Counted from the first letter of the stretch, positions 19,180 through 28,419 are shown. The stretch is DNA of 64,000 nucleotides from Actinomycetota bacterium (GCA_016185305.1 JACPNV010000050.1:7040-71039), one strand, 5' to 3'. Translations and numbers: made by a program. Notes: generated by a model not told the origin, from the sequence alone.

Positions 19180-20455
19180 CGCCTGGCCGTGGCGGCGTGA
19201 GCAGCCCGAGCTCGATGAGCGTGGCGAACAGCTCGAGGCGCTTGGTCGAGAACCGGCCCTGGACCATCGCGAACAGCAAGACGAGCAGTACCACGGCCTC
19301 GGTCTCCGCGTCGCCGAAGCCGCGGGCGTCGAGCCCGCGAGCGAGCGCGCTCCGGCCGCTCTCGATGGCCGCGACCGACGCGCGCGCCATCTCGTCGCCC
19401 CGCGACATGGCTTCGATCCACATGCCGATGATCGAAGCTTCGGCCGTGTAGCTCTTGGCGTACGTTCGCAGCCAGATGCGCAGGGGTTGGTGATCGGAGC
19501 CGGCCTCGATGGGGATGTCGCGGAACGCGCCATGGAGCCGTTCGACGGCTTGCTTGGCCAGGATCTGGAAGATGTCGGCCTTCGACTCGAAGTATCGGTA
19601 GAAGAGTCCGTGCGAGACGTTCGCCCCGGCCACGATGTCGGCCACGCGGGCGGCGTGGTAGCCCCGATCGGCGAACACCTTCACCGAGGCGTCGAGGATG
19701 GCATCCCGTCGCTTGCTCGCGACGGGCCCCAGCGGTTTGCGCCCGGCGCCACCGGCGGGCTCGCCACCTGTGGTGCCGGCCAGTCGCGGCCGTGCCCGCC
19801 GGGGCGCTCGATGGACGTTGATGGCTGCGTCCGGTTGGAAGAGCGCCCGATGGAAGATGTCGGCGAGCGCGACGTTCACGTCCGACCGCCGCCATCCGCG
19901 CCCGCCGGTCGACGCCTTCTCGAGCAGCGTCACCATGCGGTTGGCCGGGCTCACGGTGCTGAGCAAGGCGCGGACGATGCCGTCGACCTCCCGCGGTGGC
20001 CGGGGCGAACCCTGGATCAGCGCACGGATCGAGGCGGACGTGTGCGTCGCGACCCGGGCCGCGCCGTCGGCCACGGCGTCGTCGATCCGCACCGCGGACT
20101 GGAACGCCAGGAACACCGGCTCGTACCGCTCGTAGATCTTGGCGTACCGATCGAGCCAGTCATGGAGGGCGTCCCATCCGGCCTGGTCGCCCGTGAACGG
20201 TGCGACGGCCTCGACGGCGGCGGCCAGCTCGCGCGCAACCCTCCCGGCGAGGTGCCGGAAGAGGTCGTCCTTGCCGGAGAAGTACTGGTAGAAGGAGACG
20301 CGCGAGCAGCCCGACCGTGCGGTGATCTGCTCGATGCTGCACTCGTGATAGCCCGCCTCGCTGAACGCGTCGGCCGCGGCATCGAGGATGCGTTCCTGGG
20401 TGCGCTGGCCCCGCGCGCCGACGTTCGGGTTGGAGGCGTACGGTGCGCGCCGCAC
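19124..20455 (-). CDS. Tandem (double) TetR-family transcriptional regulator
   Basis: Two TetR HTH modules in one frame: RILDAAADAFSEAGYHECSIEQITARSGCSRVSFYQYFSGKDDLF and AILDASVKVFADRGYHAARVADIVAGANVSHGLFYRYFESKADIF. The track ORF (901 aa) was trimmed because its upstream part is antisense to the CoA-transferase gene. Start GTG 20455 is tentative. Confidence 0.7.
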   Translation of the reverse strand: MRRAPYASNPNVGARGQRTQERILDAAADAFSEAGYHECSIEQITARSGCSRVSFYQYFSGKDDLFRHLAGRVARELAAAVEAVAPFTGDQAGWDALHDWLDRYAKIYERYEPVFLAFQSAVRIDDAVADGAARVATHTSASIRALIQGSPRPPREVDGIVRALLSTVSPANRMVTLLEKASTGGRGWRRSDVNVALADIFHRALFQPDAAINVHRAPRRARPRLAGTTGGEPAGGAGRKPLGPVASKRRDAILDASVKVFADRGYHAARVADIVAGANVSHGLFYRYFESKADIFQILAKQAVERLHGAFRDIPIEAGSDHQPLRIWLRTYAKSYTAEASIIGMWIEAMSRGDEMARASVAAIESGRSALARGLDARGFGDAETEAVVLLVLLFAMVQGRFSTKRLELFATLIELGLLTPPRPGVSVGRAAGPRPARRRCSG

Positions 20456-20593
20456 GATCGCCTCGGCGTCGTCTGCTTCGGGGGCGTCGGTTCCCAACTC
20501 GCTCCTGGCGTCGGAAGTCCCGGCGAGGGCCTTCTCTTCTAACGATGACGTCAGTAGAGTAGTTCGGTACTTGTCGCAGACGGGGGAGGGCTG

Positions 20594-21811
20594 ATGGCCA
20601 ACACGCTCGCAGGGATACGGGTGCTGGAGGTCGCGTCGTGGACGTTCGTCCCCGCGGCTGGCGCCGTTCTGGCCGACTGGGGCGCCGACGTGATCAAGGT
20701 CGAGCATCCGGTGATGGGTGACCCGCAGCGCGGCTTGATCTCGATGGGCCTCATCCCCGGAGGCGACAGCGCGGTCAACTACATCATCGAGCAACCGAAC
20801 CGTGGCAAGCGGAGCGTCGGGCTCGACATCGGCACCGAGCACGGGCGCGACCTGCTCTACAAGTTGGCCGAGGGCAGCGACGTCTTCCTCACCAGCTTCC
20901 TGCCCTCCGTGCGCCAGAGGTTGAAGATCGACGTCGACGACATCCGGAGCGTCAACCCGAACATCGTGTACGCCCGCGGCACCGGGCAAGGCCCGAAGGG
21001 TCCCGACGCCGGCAAGGGTGGGTATGACGGTGCGGTGTACTGGGGTCGGGCCGGCATCTCCGAGGCGTTGACGCCCGCCTGCGCCGAGTTCCCGATCGGC
21101 GGGCGGGCTGCGTTCGGCGACCTCGCCGGCGCGGTCGCGATCGCTGGTGGCATCACGGCGGCGCTGTTGAAACGAGAGCGCACCGGCGAGGCGCCGCTCG
21201 TCGACGTGTCGCTGCTCGGGTTCGGGATGTGGCAGCTCTCGCCCGACATCGTGGCGTCGGGGCTGTACGGCGGCGATCCGATGCCCAAGTTCGACCACAA
21301 GACCTCGCCCAACCCGCTCGTCGGCACGTACAAGACGGCCGATGACCGGTTCGTCACGTTGATGCTGTTGCAGTCCGACCGGTTCTGGCCCGATCTGTGC
21401 GAGCACATCGGTCGCGCCGATCTCGTCGACGACGAACGGTTCGCCGATGCGGGCGCGCGGTTCAACAACCACCGTGAGCTGATCGACGTCCTCGACGAGA
21501 CGTTCGGTCGCCGCACCCTCGCGGACTGGACCGATGCCCTGCAGACCTTGAAGGGCGTGTGGGCGCCGATGCAACGCGCGAACGAGTTGGTCGACGATCC
21601 GCAGGTCGAGGCCAACGGGTACCTCGCCCGGGTCACGAAAGATGCGGGCGTCGAGTACGACCTCGTGGCCAACCCCGTCCAGTTCGACGAGACGGCTGAC
21701 GAGCTCGTGCCCGCGCCAGAGCACGGCCAGCACACCGAAGAGATCCTTCTCGAGTTGGGAATCGGTTGGGACGAGATCGCCGAGGGCAAGGGGAGCGGCG
21801 CGATCCTGTGA
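20594..21811 (+). CDS. Family III CoA-transferase (CaiB/BaiF type)
   Basis: LAGIRVLEVASWTFVPAAGAVLADWGADVIKVEHP... typical N-terminus; 405 aa. Confidence 0.85.
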   Translation: MANTLAGIRVLEVASWTFVPAAGAVLADWGADVIKVEHPVMGDPQRGLISMGLIPGGDSAVNYIIEQPNRGKRSVGLDIGTEHGRDLLYKLAEGSDVFLTSFLPSVRQRLKIDVDDIRSVNPNIVYARGTGQGPKGPDAGKGGYDGAVYWGRAGISEALTPACAEFPIGGRAAFGDLAGAVAIAGGITAALLKRERTGEAPLVDVSLLGFGMWQLSPDIVASGLYGGDPMPKFDHKTSPNPLVGTYKTADDRFVTLMLLQSDRFWPDLCEHIGRADLVDDERFADAGARFNNHRELIDVLDETFGRRTLADWTDALQTLKGVWAPMQRANELVDDPQVEANGYLARVTKDAGVEYDLVANPVQFDETADELVPAPEHGQHTEEILLELGIGWDEIAEGKGSGAIL

Positions 21812-23505
21812 GCACCGAGGTCGAACCATCCGCCGCCCGGGCTGGGGCGAGAGAGACCGCGGCGACGTACGTGTCGGACAGGACGGTTGCCGATCTGCTG
21901 CTCGCCCGCCAGGACGACGATCGCGAGGCGCTGCGCTTCGAAGGCCAGACGTGGACCTGGCGGCAGGTGGTGGACGAGTCCGCGCGGCGGGCTCACGCGT
22001 TGCGGTCCTTCCGTGCCGAGGGCCCCTTCCACGTCGGCGTGATGCTCGAGAACGTCCCGGAGTTCGTGTTCCTCCTCGGGGGCGCGGCGCTGGTGGGCGC
22101 AGTGATCGTCGGCATCAACCCGACCCGCCGCGGCGCCGAGCGGGCCGCCGACGTGCGCCACACCGATTGCCAGCTCGTGCTCACCGACGAGCGCCGGGCC
22201 GAGGTGATCGGTAACGGCGTGGATCTCGACGCCGCGAGGATCCTCGATGTCAACGAGCGCGAGTGGCTCGACGTGGTCGCGTCGTGCTCCGCCGAGCCGC
22301 CTCGCACGATCGAGGTCACCCCGGACTCGCTGTACCTGCTGATCTTCACCTCGGGGTCAACCGGTGCGCCGAAGGCGGTCAGGTGCACGCAAGGGCGGAT
22401 GGCATTCGTCGTGCCCGGGTTCGACAGCGACGCGGTGCTGTACTGCGCCATGCCTCTGTTCCACGGCAACGCCTTGATCTCGAACTGGGTGCCGGCGATG
22501 AGCTGTGGCGCGACCATCGTCCTCAAGCGCCGCTTCTCGGCATCGGCGTTCCTCGACGACATCCGCGAGCACGGCGTCACGTTCTTCAACACCGTCGGCC
22601 AGGCACTGGCCTACATCCTCGCCACGCCGCCTACACCGCACGATCGCGACCATCCGTCTCTCGTCGTGCTGGCTCCCGAGGCCTCTGCTCCCGACATGAA
22701 GGCCTTCCAAGAGCGGTTTGGCTGCTTCGTGGTCGAAGGCTACGGCTCCAGCGAAGGTGCCATCCGTTTGGCGCCGACGGCCGGTACGCCGCGAGGGTCG
22801 TTGGGCAAGCCGTTGGGGAACGCGGACATCGCGGTCGTCGATCCGGCGACCGGTGCGGAGTGCTCGCGGGCGGTGTACGGCGCCAACGGCGGGCTGGCGA
22901 ACCCGGAAGAGGCGATCGGCGAGCTCGTGCGGCGCGATCCAGAGACGAGCTTCGCCGGCTACTACAACAACGACGAGGCGCAGGCCGAGCGCCTTCGCGA
23001 CGGGTGGTTCTGGTCGGGTGATCTCGCCTATCGCGACGAGGACGGCTTCTTCTTCTTCGCCGGCCGGACCGCAGACTGGATCCGCGTCGACGGCGAGAAC
23101 TTCGCGACCGCACCGGTCGAGCGCATCCTTCGCCGCCATCCCGATGTCGCGGAGGTCGCGGTGTTCGGCGTCCCCGACCCGCGAGCCGGCGACCGGGTCA
23201 TGGCGACGGTCGTCCTGGCGCCCGGCCGGTCGTTCGACGCGCCGGCGTTCCACTCGTTCCTCGACGAGCAACCCGACCTCGGGACGAAGTGGGCGCCCCG
23301 GTTCGTGCGGATCGTCGACCGACTTCCGGTGACCGCGACGAGCAAGGTCGACAAGCGGTCGTTGCGGGCGACGTGCTGGTTCGAGGGTGAGGTCTGGTGG
23401 CAGCCGGGCCGCGAGCCGGTCTGGCGGCCGATGAGCGACATGGACCGCGACGGGTTGCGGGCCGAGTTCGCCTCCCACGGGCGCGAGGCATTCCTCGGGC
23501 GCTGA
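21808..23505 (+). CDS. AMP-dependent acyl-CoA synthetase/ligase
   Basis: LIFTSGSTGAPKAV AMP-binding motif, GYGSSEG, WFWSGDLAYRDEDGFFFFAGR. GTG start overlaps the upstream stop (GTGA). Confidence 0.85.
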   Translation: MSTEVEPSAARAGARETAATYVSDRTVADLLLARQDDDREALRFEGQTWTWRQVVDESARRAHALRSFRAEGPFHVGVMLENVPEFVFLLGGAALVGAVIVGINPTRRGAERAADVRHTDCQLVLTDERRAEVIGNGVDLDAARILDVNEREWLDVVASCSAEPPRTIEVTPDSLYLLIFTSGSTGAPKAVRCTQGRMAFVVPGFDSDAVLYCAMPLFHGNALISNWVPAMSCGATIVLKRRFSASAFLDDIREHGVTFFNTVGQALAYILATPPTPHDRDHPSLVVLAPEASAPDMKAFQERFGCFVVEGYGSSEGAIRLAPTAGTPRGSLGKPLGNADIAVVDPATGAECSRAVYGANGGLANPEEAIGELVRRDPETSFAGYYNNDEAQAERLRDGWFWSGDLAYRDEDGFFFFAGRTADWIRVDGENFATAPVERILRRHPDVAEVAVFGVPDPRAGDRVMATVVLAPGRSFDAPAFHSFLDEQPDLGTKWAPRFVRIVDRLPVTATSKVDKRSLRATCWFEGEVWWQPGREPVWRPMSDMDRDGLRAEFASHGREAFLGR

Positions 23506-23665
23506 GCAGGACTTCCGCGCTGGCGCGGGTGCTCGGAGCCGTAACGGTGCTCTACGACACCCGTTCCGCCCCACGCGCCAGCGTTCAGGTACGACGGCAG
23601 GTCGTCGTGGAGCCCGGGTTGCGCGGCGATTCCATCCGACAATGCACCGGCGAGCTTCGCCGAGC

Positions 23666-23803
23666 TCATCTTCGCGTCGAGTTCTTCCTTCGGTTCCCAC
23701 ATCCGCTCGAACGGATGCCCGGGCCCTTACACACCGCGACGTCGGACACATCGTCGCAGTCGACGTATTCATCAGTCGCACAGCACGTGCAGTTGGCGAT
23801 CAT
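23666..23803 (-). CDS. Hypothetical Cys-rich 45-aa ORF
   Basis: MIANCTCCATDEYVDCDDVSDVAVCKGPGIRSSGCGNRRKNSTRR. GAGGA lies 7 nt upstream of the ATG. It sits at the 3' end of a 263-aa track ORF that otherwise looks degraded. Confidence 0.25.
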   Translation of the reverse strand: MIANCTCCATDEYVDCDDVSDVAVCKGPGIRSSGCGNRRKNSTRR

Positions 23804-24498
23804 GGTTCGTTCCTCACTGCCGGGACTTGTTCGTTGTTGGGCTCTGCGTGGGAAAGTCAGTCGATCGCATCCTTGGCAAACGCAAACGCTGACTGAGTGA
23901 CAGGAAGCATCGTGTAGATCCCCGTGCCGCCGTCGTCTCGGTCGAACTCCCACATCGGACGGCGACCGACGCGACGGCACGACACAGCGATGTGCTTCAA
24001 CGCGCGGGAAGTCCGCGAGGCGACGAGTATCCGGCATTGGCGGCGAGCTCAGCTCCGGTGATGCCACACAGGGAGCGGCGACGAAGCCGAGAATCAGACG
24101 CTTTGTTCGAGAGCTGTTTGCCTCGAGGATCCAGCGGGCGCGGGCTTCGTCGTCGGCCTTCCAGAACTCGGGATCGTTCCACGCATCGGGATACCGCGCG
24201 ATCGCTGCGGTGGAGTCGAGTATTGCGAAAGGCTCGGTCGCGTCGTTGCCGTTGCGGGCAGGAGGTTCCGGTGCTGCGGTCGGCGGCGTCTGGTCTGAGC
24301 TGATCGCGGCGACTGCCTCCGCGGCCCATCGTTGGAAGGCGGGAGCGAATCGACGCTCCATGAACGTGGACACCTCAATGATCTCGTGGGCGTGTTCGAT
24401 GGTTTGATTTGCCAGTGGGGCCGATTGCTTAACAATTGGCCCGGATCTTTGCTCCACGAGGTAAGATTCGGGCTCAGATCTAAGTCAAGCTGAGGAAG

Positions 24499-25362
24499 AT
24501 GACTACCACCGATCGACCAGTACCGAAGTGGGCTGCCGGCCTCATCGCGGTGCTGTCACGCGATCGCCCGGCGGTGGTCACTACCAGAGCGCTCGAAACG
24601 TACCTGGAGCAGGTCGGCTCAGATCGACGCGTCGATGAGGTGGCGAGCGACCTCCAGCAGCTCGGGTGGCTCGCGACGCTGCACATCAAGGGGGCGTGGG
24701 CATTCGTTCCGGCTGGTGAGGCCCGAGGCACGGATCCCTATCTCGACCTGCGCGGATGGCGTGAGCGCGATCCAGATGCAGTCTTCGCACTCGCGGGCGA
24801 GGCGGCCGCGTGGCACCTGGGGTATCTGCCTCGCCAGTTCGTTGGATCGGTCGCACTTTGGCTCCCGAAAGGAGGGCGTGTTGCCCACGGCTTGCGCCCG
24901 TATGTACGAGCAGTCCGCATCGGGTGGGGAGCTGGCGATCTCGGTCGGCTTCGACCAACGCCGAAGTTGTTGCGGAGGAAGGGTCTCGATCTCACCCAGT
25001 GGTCGAACGGCCTGCCGGCGCTCGGTCCGGAGGCGCTGCTTGTGCAGCTTGCCGCTCGCCCATCGTCGTTTCAGAGTTGGGCCGACCTTGTGGGTCAGCT
25101 TGAAGTTCTCGCGAGTGATTGCGATTCGCACCGGGTCGTAGACCTGCTCGCTGCGCAGTCCGCATCGGCGTGGCAGCGTGCGGCGTACCTCCTCGAGCGC
25201 GGGGGAGAACCCGAAGAGGCGATCGACGTGTTCGACCGCCGTCCTCACCGATCCTCTCCAGCGGTTCAGCTCGGCGAGGGCCCGATCGTGGAGTGGTCAA
25301 ACACCTTCAAGGTGAACGATCGCCTGGTCGCTCCGCTCCAACGGCAACTGGGCAAGGCGTGA
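24499..25362 (+). CDS. abiEi: Type IV toxin-antitoxin system AbiEi-family antitoxin
   Basis: 287 aa, immediately (3 nt) upstream of an AbiEii-like gene. N-terminal winged-helix-like region (VVTTRALETYL...DEVASDLQQLGWLATLHIKGAWAFVP) and a C-terminal domain of AbiEi architecture. Confidence 0.65.
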   Translation: MTTTDRPVPKWAAGLIAVLSRDRPAVVTTRALETYLEQVGSDRRVDEVASDLQQLGWLATLHIKGAWAFVPAGEARGTDPYLDLRGWRERDPDAVFALAGEAAAWHLGYLPRQFVGSVALWLPKGGRVAHGLRPYVRAVRIGWGAGDLGRLRPTPKLLRRKGLDLTQWSNGLPALGPEALLVQLAARPSSFQSWADLVGQLEVLASDCDSHRVVDLLAAQSASAWQRAAYLLERGGEPEEAIDVFDRRPHRSSPAVQLGEGPIVEWSNTFKVNDRLVAPLQRQLGKA

Positions 25363-25365
25363 GCG

Positions 25366-26265
25366 GTGCCGGCTCCGACGCTCTCGCGAGCACTGGTTGG
25401 TTTACACGGCGCCGGTCGCGCTGACACGTATGGGGCGGCTCTCCTTGACGTCGCGCAGGATCACCTGCTTTGGCTCCTCGCCGAACTTGGCCACTTCGAC
25501 GACGGCGCGCTGGTGTTCAAGGGTGGAACGTCGCTTCGCAAGATGTGCGGCTTGGGGGCGTCGGCCGCTTCTCCACCGATCTCGACTTCGTCGCGCCGAA
25601 CGACGACACGGTCCTCGACGTGTGCGCGAGCATCGATGGCGCATCGGTCGGTGGCTTCCAGTACGCACTCCAGGCAACCAGAGGTGATGGTCGGCATTGG
25701 ACTCTTCAGGTGCGGCATCCCGAGCTCGGTCAGCCGGACGTCGCCGCGTCGGTCGAATTCGCACGTCGCCCGCTCGTCCTCGAGCCGGAGCAACTCGCCT
25801 TCCTCGAGCTGCCGGTGCATCGTGGGTACGACATCGAGCTCCCCGCGCTACCGGTCATCGCGGAACCAGAAGCTTGCGCCGAGAAGTTGGCGCGCTATCG
25901 CCGGGTCGCTCTGGGTCGCGACGCGTATGACCTGGCCCAGTTCGCCGGTCGCGCGCTCAACGAGCCGTTGGTGCGGCGACTGTGGGTGCTGAAGGTCTGG
26001 GGCGATGTCGTCGACGACGGGCGAGGCGATAAGCCGCTCGATCCGACGGACATCCTGACGCCGCGCTCCGAGGCCGACTTCGCTCCGGAGTCGATCGGCA
26101 AGCTCACGAGGCCGGTCGACCTGCCCTGGTTGAGAGCGACGCGTCCGCGAGCGATTTGGCTTCCTCGAAGACCTTGACGACGACGAACACCGCTGGTCGG
26201 CCTGCGACCCGCGGCATCGATTCGAGATCGAGGTTGCGTTGGCTGGGGGTGGGTCCTCGATCTGA
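25366..26265 (+). pseudogene. abiEii: AbiEii/AbiGii-family nucleotidyltransferase toxin, disrupted by two compensating frameshifts
   Basis: LVFKGGTSLRKMCGLG (frame 1) continues as GGVGRFSTDLDFVAPN... in frame 0 after a G5 run at 25554-25558. It returns to frame 1 at about 26133 (WL|ERRVRERFGFLEDLDDDEHRW...), with the stop at 26263-26265. Confidence 0.7.
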
Positions 26266-26391
26266 CCGGATCGTCGGCGGCCCAGGGATCGGCCTTTCCG
26301 AACCGACTGCTCCTCAACGATGCGCGATCGCTCGACGGCGTCCGGGTCGATTGGCGTTCGGTCGAGCGGCCCCGGCGAACGCGTGGGACGG

Positions 26392-27092
26392 TTCGGCTAC
26401 CTCGCCGGGGAGCTTTCGTTTCGCCTGATCGCCGCTCGGCATCCCGTCGCAACGTCAAGCCAGTCCTCGGACCATCGCCGCCCACCGCGACACGTTCCGC
26501 CTGCTGCTGGGCTTCGCGCAACAACGCACCGGCAAGGTGCCGTCCCGGCTGGAGATCGACGACCTCGACGCCCCGCTCATCGCCGCGTTCTTGGATCACC
26601 TCGAAACCGAACGACACAACACGGTCCGAACCCGCAATGCCCGACGCGCCGCCATCAGGTCACTGTTCGACTACGCCGCGGTCTGTCACCCCGAACATGC
26701 TGCGGTCGTCCAACGGGTCTTGGCCGTCCCCCAGAAGATCACCGACGACAAGACCATCGCGTTCCTTCATGACGACGAGATCGAAGCGCTCGTCGCCGCA
26801 CCGGACCGCGGCACCTGGGAAGGGCGACGAGAACACGCGCTGGTCTACCTGGCCATCCACACCGGTCTCCGTGTCTCCGAGCTCACCGGCCTCAACTGTG
26901 CCGATGTCCATCTCGGCACCGGGCCACACCTGCGCTGCGACGGCAAAGGACGCAAGCAGCGTGCCGTGCCGTTACCTTCACGCCGAAATCGCCATCAAAG
27001 AACGAGCGCTCGCCAAGACCACCCCCGCCCACACTCCACCAGGCCGCTACCGCCCGAAAGACGACCCGCTTGCCTTCATCGAAGTCCTGTGA
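26392..27092 (+). pseudogene. Tyrosine recombinase/integrase remnant (N-terminally truncated, frameshifted, internal deletion)
   Basis: ELSFRLIAAR | ASPRTIAAHRDTFRLLLGFAQQRTGK...LAIHTGLRVSELTGL...GKGRKQRAVPL, then a direct jump at about 26970 to YLHAEIAIKERALAKTTPAHTPPGRYRPKDDPLAFIEVL* in another frame. The HxxR box region is missing. Confidence 0.7.
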
Positions 27093-27620
27093 TTATCCGA
27101 ACCACACCCCGACCACCGCTTCGCCCCAGGCCCAACCGCAGGCTTCCCGGCGGTGATGGGGAGTGCGTGGGGGCGCAGCCCCCAGGCAACTGGGGGTTTG
27201 GGTTGGGACGTGCGTTGTGAGGCTGGATGTGCCACCGCTTGGCACGGATGGGCGGCTCGGCGGCACGCCTTCTGTATGAACACGAACAGAACCAAGACAC
27301 GCCGCACCCGGTCCCTGCACCCTCTGGGGGAGGACGCATCACCGAGGGCCCATCTGGACAGGGCCTTCGACGGGACCGCCGGGGGAGGCGAACCGGAGGC
27401 TTCGGGGGGAGCCTCCGTGCCAGAGGGAGGCGGCCAGCCCACGGCCCTGGGGCTGGCCGCCTCCGCGCGTCCGAGGGTCAGCCGTCCAGGACGACGACTG
27501 GGGCAGACGACTGGGTCGAACGGCTGGGTGCGTTCTGGGTTGGTGCCCGGCTCTCGGCGACCCGTGGTGCTCGCGCTGTCCGAGGCAGCCCATCGCTTCC
27601 GCGCCGTATCCTCGACGGGC

Positions 27621-28349
27621 ATGAGCGACCCGACGAGCAAGAGTCCCGCATCGACCGCAACGGACACCGTCCCGAGCGTCGAGGAAGCGCTCGGGCGGCT
27701 GCAGATGCCGCTGGTCGAAGCGATGATGACCCAGCGCGCCGTGCGCCGCGTGCTGCCCGATCCGGTGGACGATGCCGTGATCCTCGAGTGCATCGGGCTG
27801 GCGTTGCGCGCACCCACCGGATCGACCGGCCAGAACTGGGAGTTCGTCGTCGTCAAGGACCAACGCGTCAAGGAGCAACTCGCCGCGCGCTATCGCCAGG
27901 CATGGTCGCTCTACGGCGGCATCGGCAAGCGCCTCGCCGGCGAGGACGAGTCGATGCTGAAGATCCTGCGGGCCGTGCAATGGCAGGTGGACAACTTCAC
28001 CGAGATCCCCGTGCTTGTCGTGGCCTGCCTGCGGGCCGGCGTGCGCGAGGGGAGGATCCCGTACATGCCCACACCGCACGTCGGCGCATCATCGTTCTTC
28101 GGATCCATCTACCCCAGCGTGCAGAACCTCCTGCTGGCGGCGCGGGCGATGGGCTTGGGAGCTTCGTTGATCACCCTGCCGCTGTGGAGCGTGACATCAG
28201 CCCGATCGATCCTCGGCCTGCCCTTGTCGGTCACGCCGTGCTGCATCGTCCCGCTCGGGTGGCCGAGAGGTCGCTACGGGCCGACGACGCGGCGGCCCGT
28301 CGAGGACGTGGTGCATCTCGACTCCTACGGCAACCGCGCCTGGCGGTAG
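27621..28349 (+). CDS. Nitroreductase-family protein
   Basis: MTQRAVRRVLPDPVDDAVILECIGLALRAPTGSTGQNWEFVVV... Trimmed from the 398-aa track ORF to ATG 27621. Confidence 0.8.
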   Translation: MSDPTSKSPASTATDTVPSVEEALGRLQMPLVEAMMTQRAVRRVLPDPVDDAVILECIGLALRAPTGSTGQNWEFVVVKDQRVKEQLAARYRQAWSLYGGIGKRLAGEDESMLKILRAVQWQVDNFTEIPVLVVACLRAGVREGRIPYMPTPHVGASSFFGSIYPSVQNLLLAARAMGLGASLITLPLWSVTSARSILGLPLSVTPCCIVPLGWPRGRYGPTTRRPVEDVVHLDSYGNRAWR

Positions 28350-28363
28350 CGGCGCGCGCGAAA

Positions 28364-28390
28364 GGCCCCGAACCGGAAGGGTTCGGGGCC
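28364..28390. terminator. Bidirectional stem-loop between convergent nitroreductase and lanA genes
   Basis: Perfect 11-bp stem GGCCCCGAACC / GGTTCGGGGCC with a 5-nt loop. On the minus-strand transcript it is followed by UUUCG. Confidence 0.6.
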
Positions 28391-28419
28391 GAACGCAGAT
28401 GGCAGTGCTTGCGTTGCGA

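Larger units (their letters stand above)
23510..27150. mobile_element. Decayed integrative/mobile island remnant (degraded ORFs, AbiE module, recombinase remnant)
   Basis: Visibly lower GC with AT-rich stretches (e.g. 24440-24500). Holds a toxin-antitoxin pair, a tyrosine recombinase fragment and several ORFs readable only across frameshifts. Boundaries are approximate; no flanking direct repeats identified. Confidence 0.45.

Noticed and set aside
20456-21829. Upstream two-thirds of the 901-aa ORF 19124..21829
   Set aside because: This part is antisense to the well-supported CaiB-type CoA-transferase and has an Arg/Asp/Gly-rich junk composition. Only the 3' 444 codons encode TetR modules.
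23028-23702. 224-aa minus-strand ORF overlapping the 3' end of the acyl-CoA synthetase
   Set aside because: About 480 nt overlap with a convincing convergent gene. Only its first 65 codons or so lie in non-coding DNA, and these may be a fragment of a degraded gene (noted under the Cys-rich ORF finding).
27153-27620. N-terminal 156 codons of the nitroreductase track ORF
   Set aside because: Gly/Arg/Ala-rich, spans strong DNA hairpins and has no similarity to the family. The nitroreductase domain begins right after ATG 27621.
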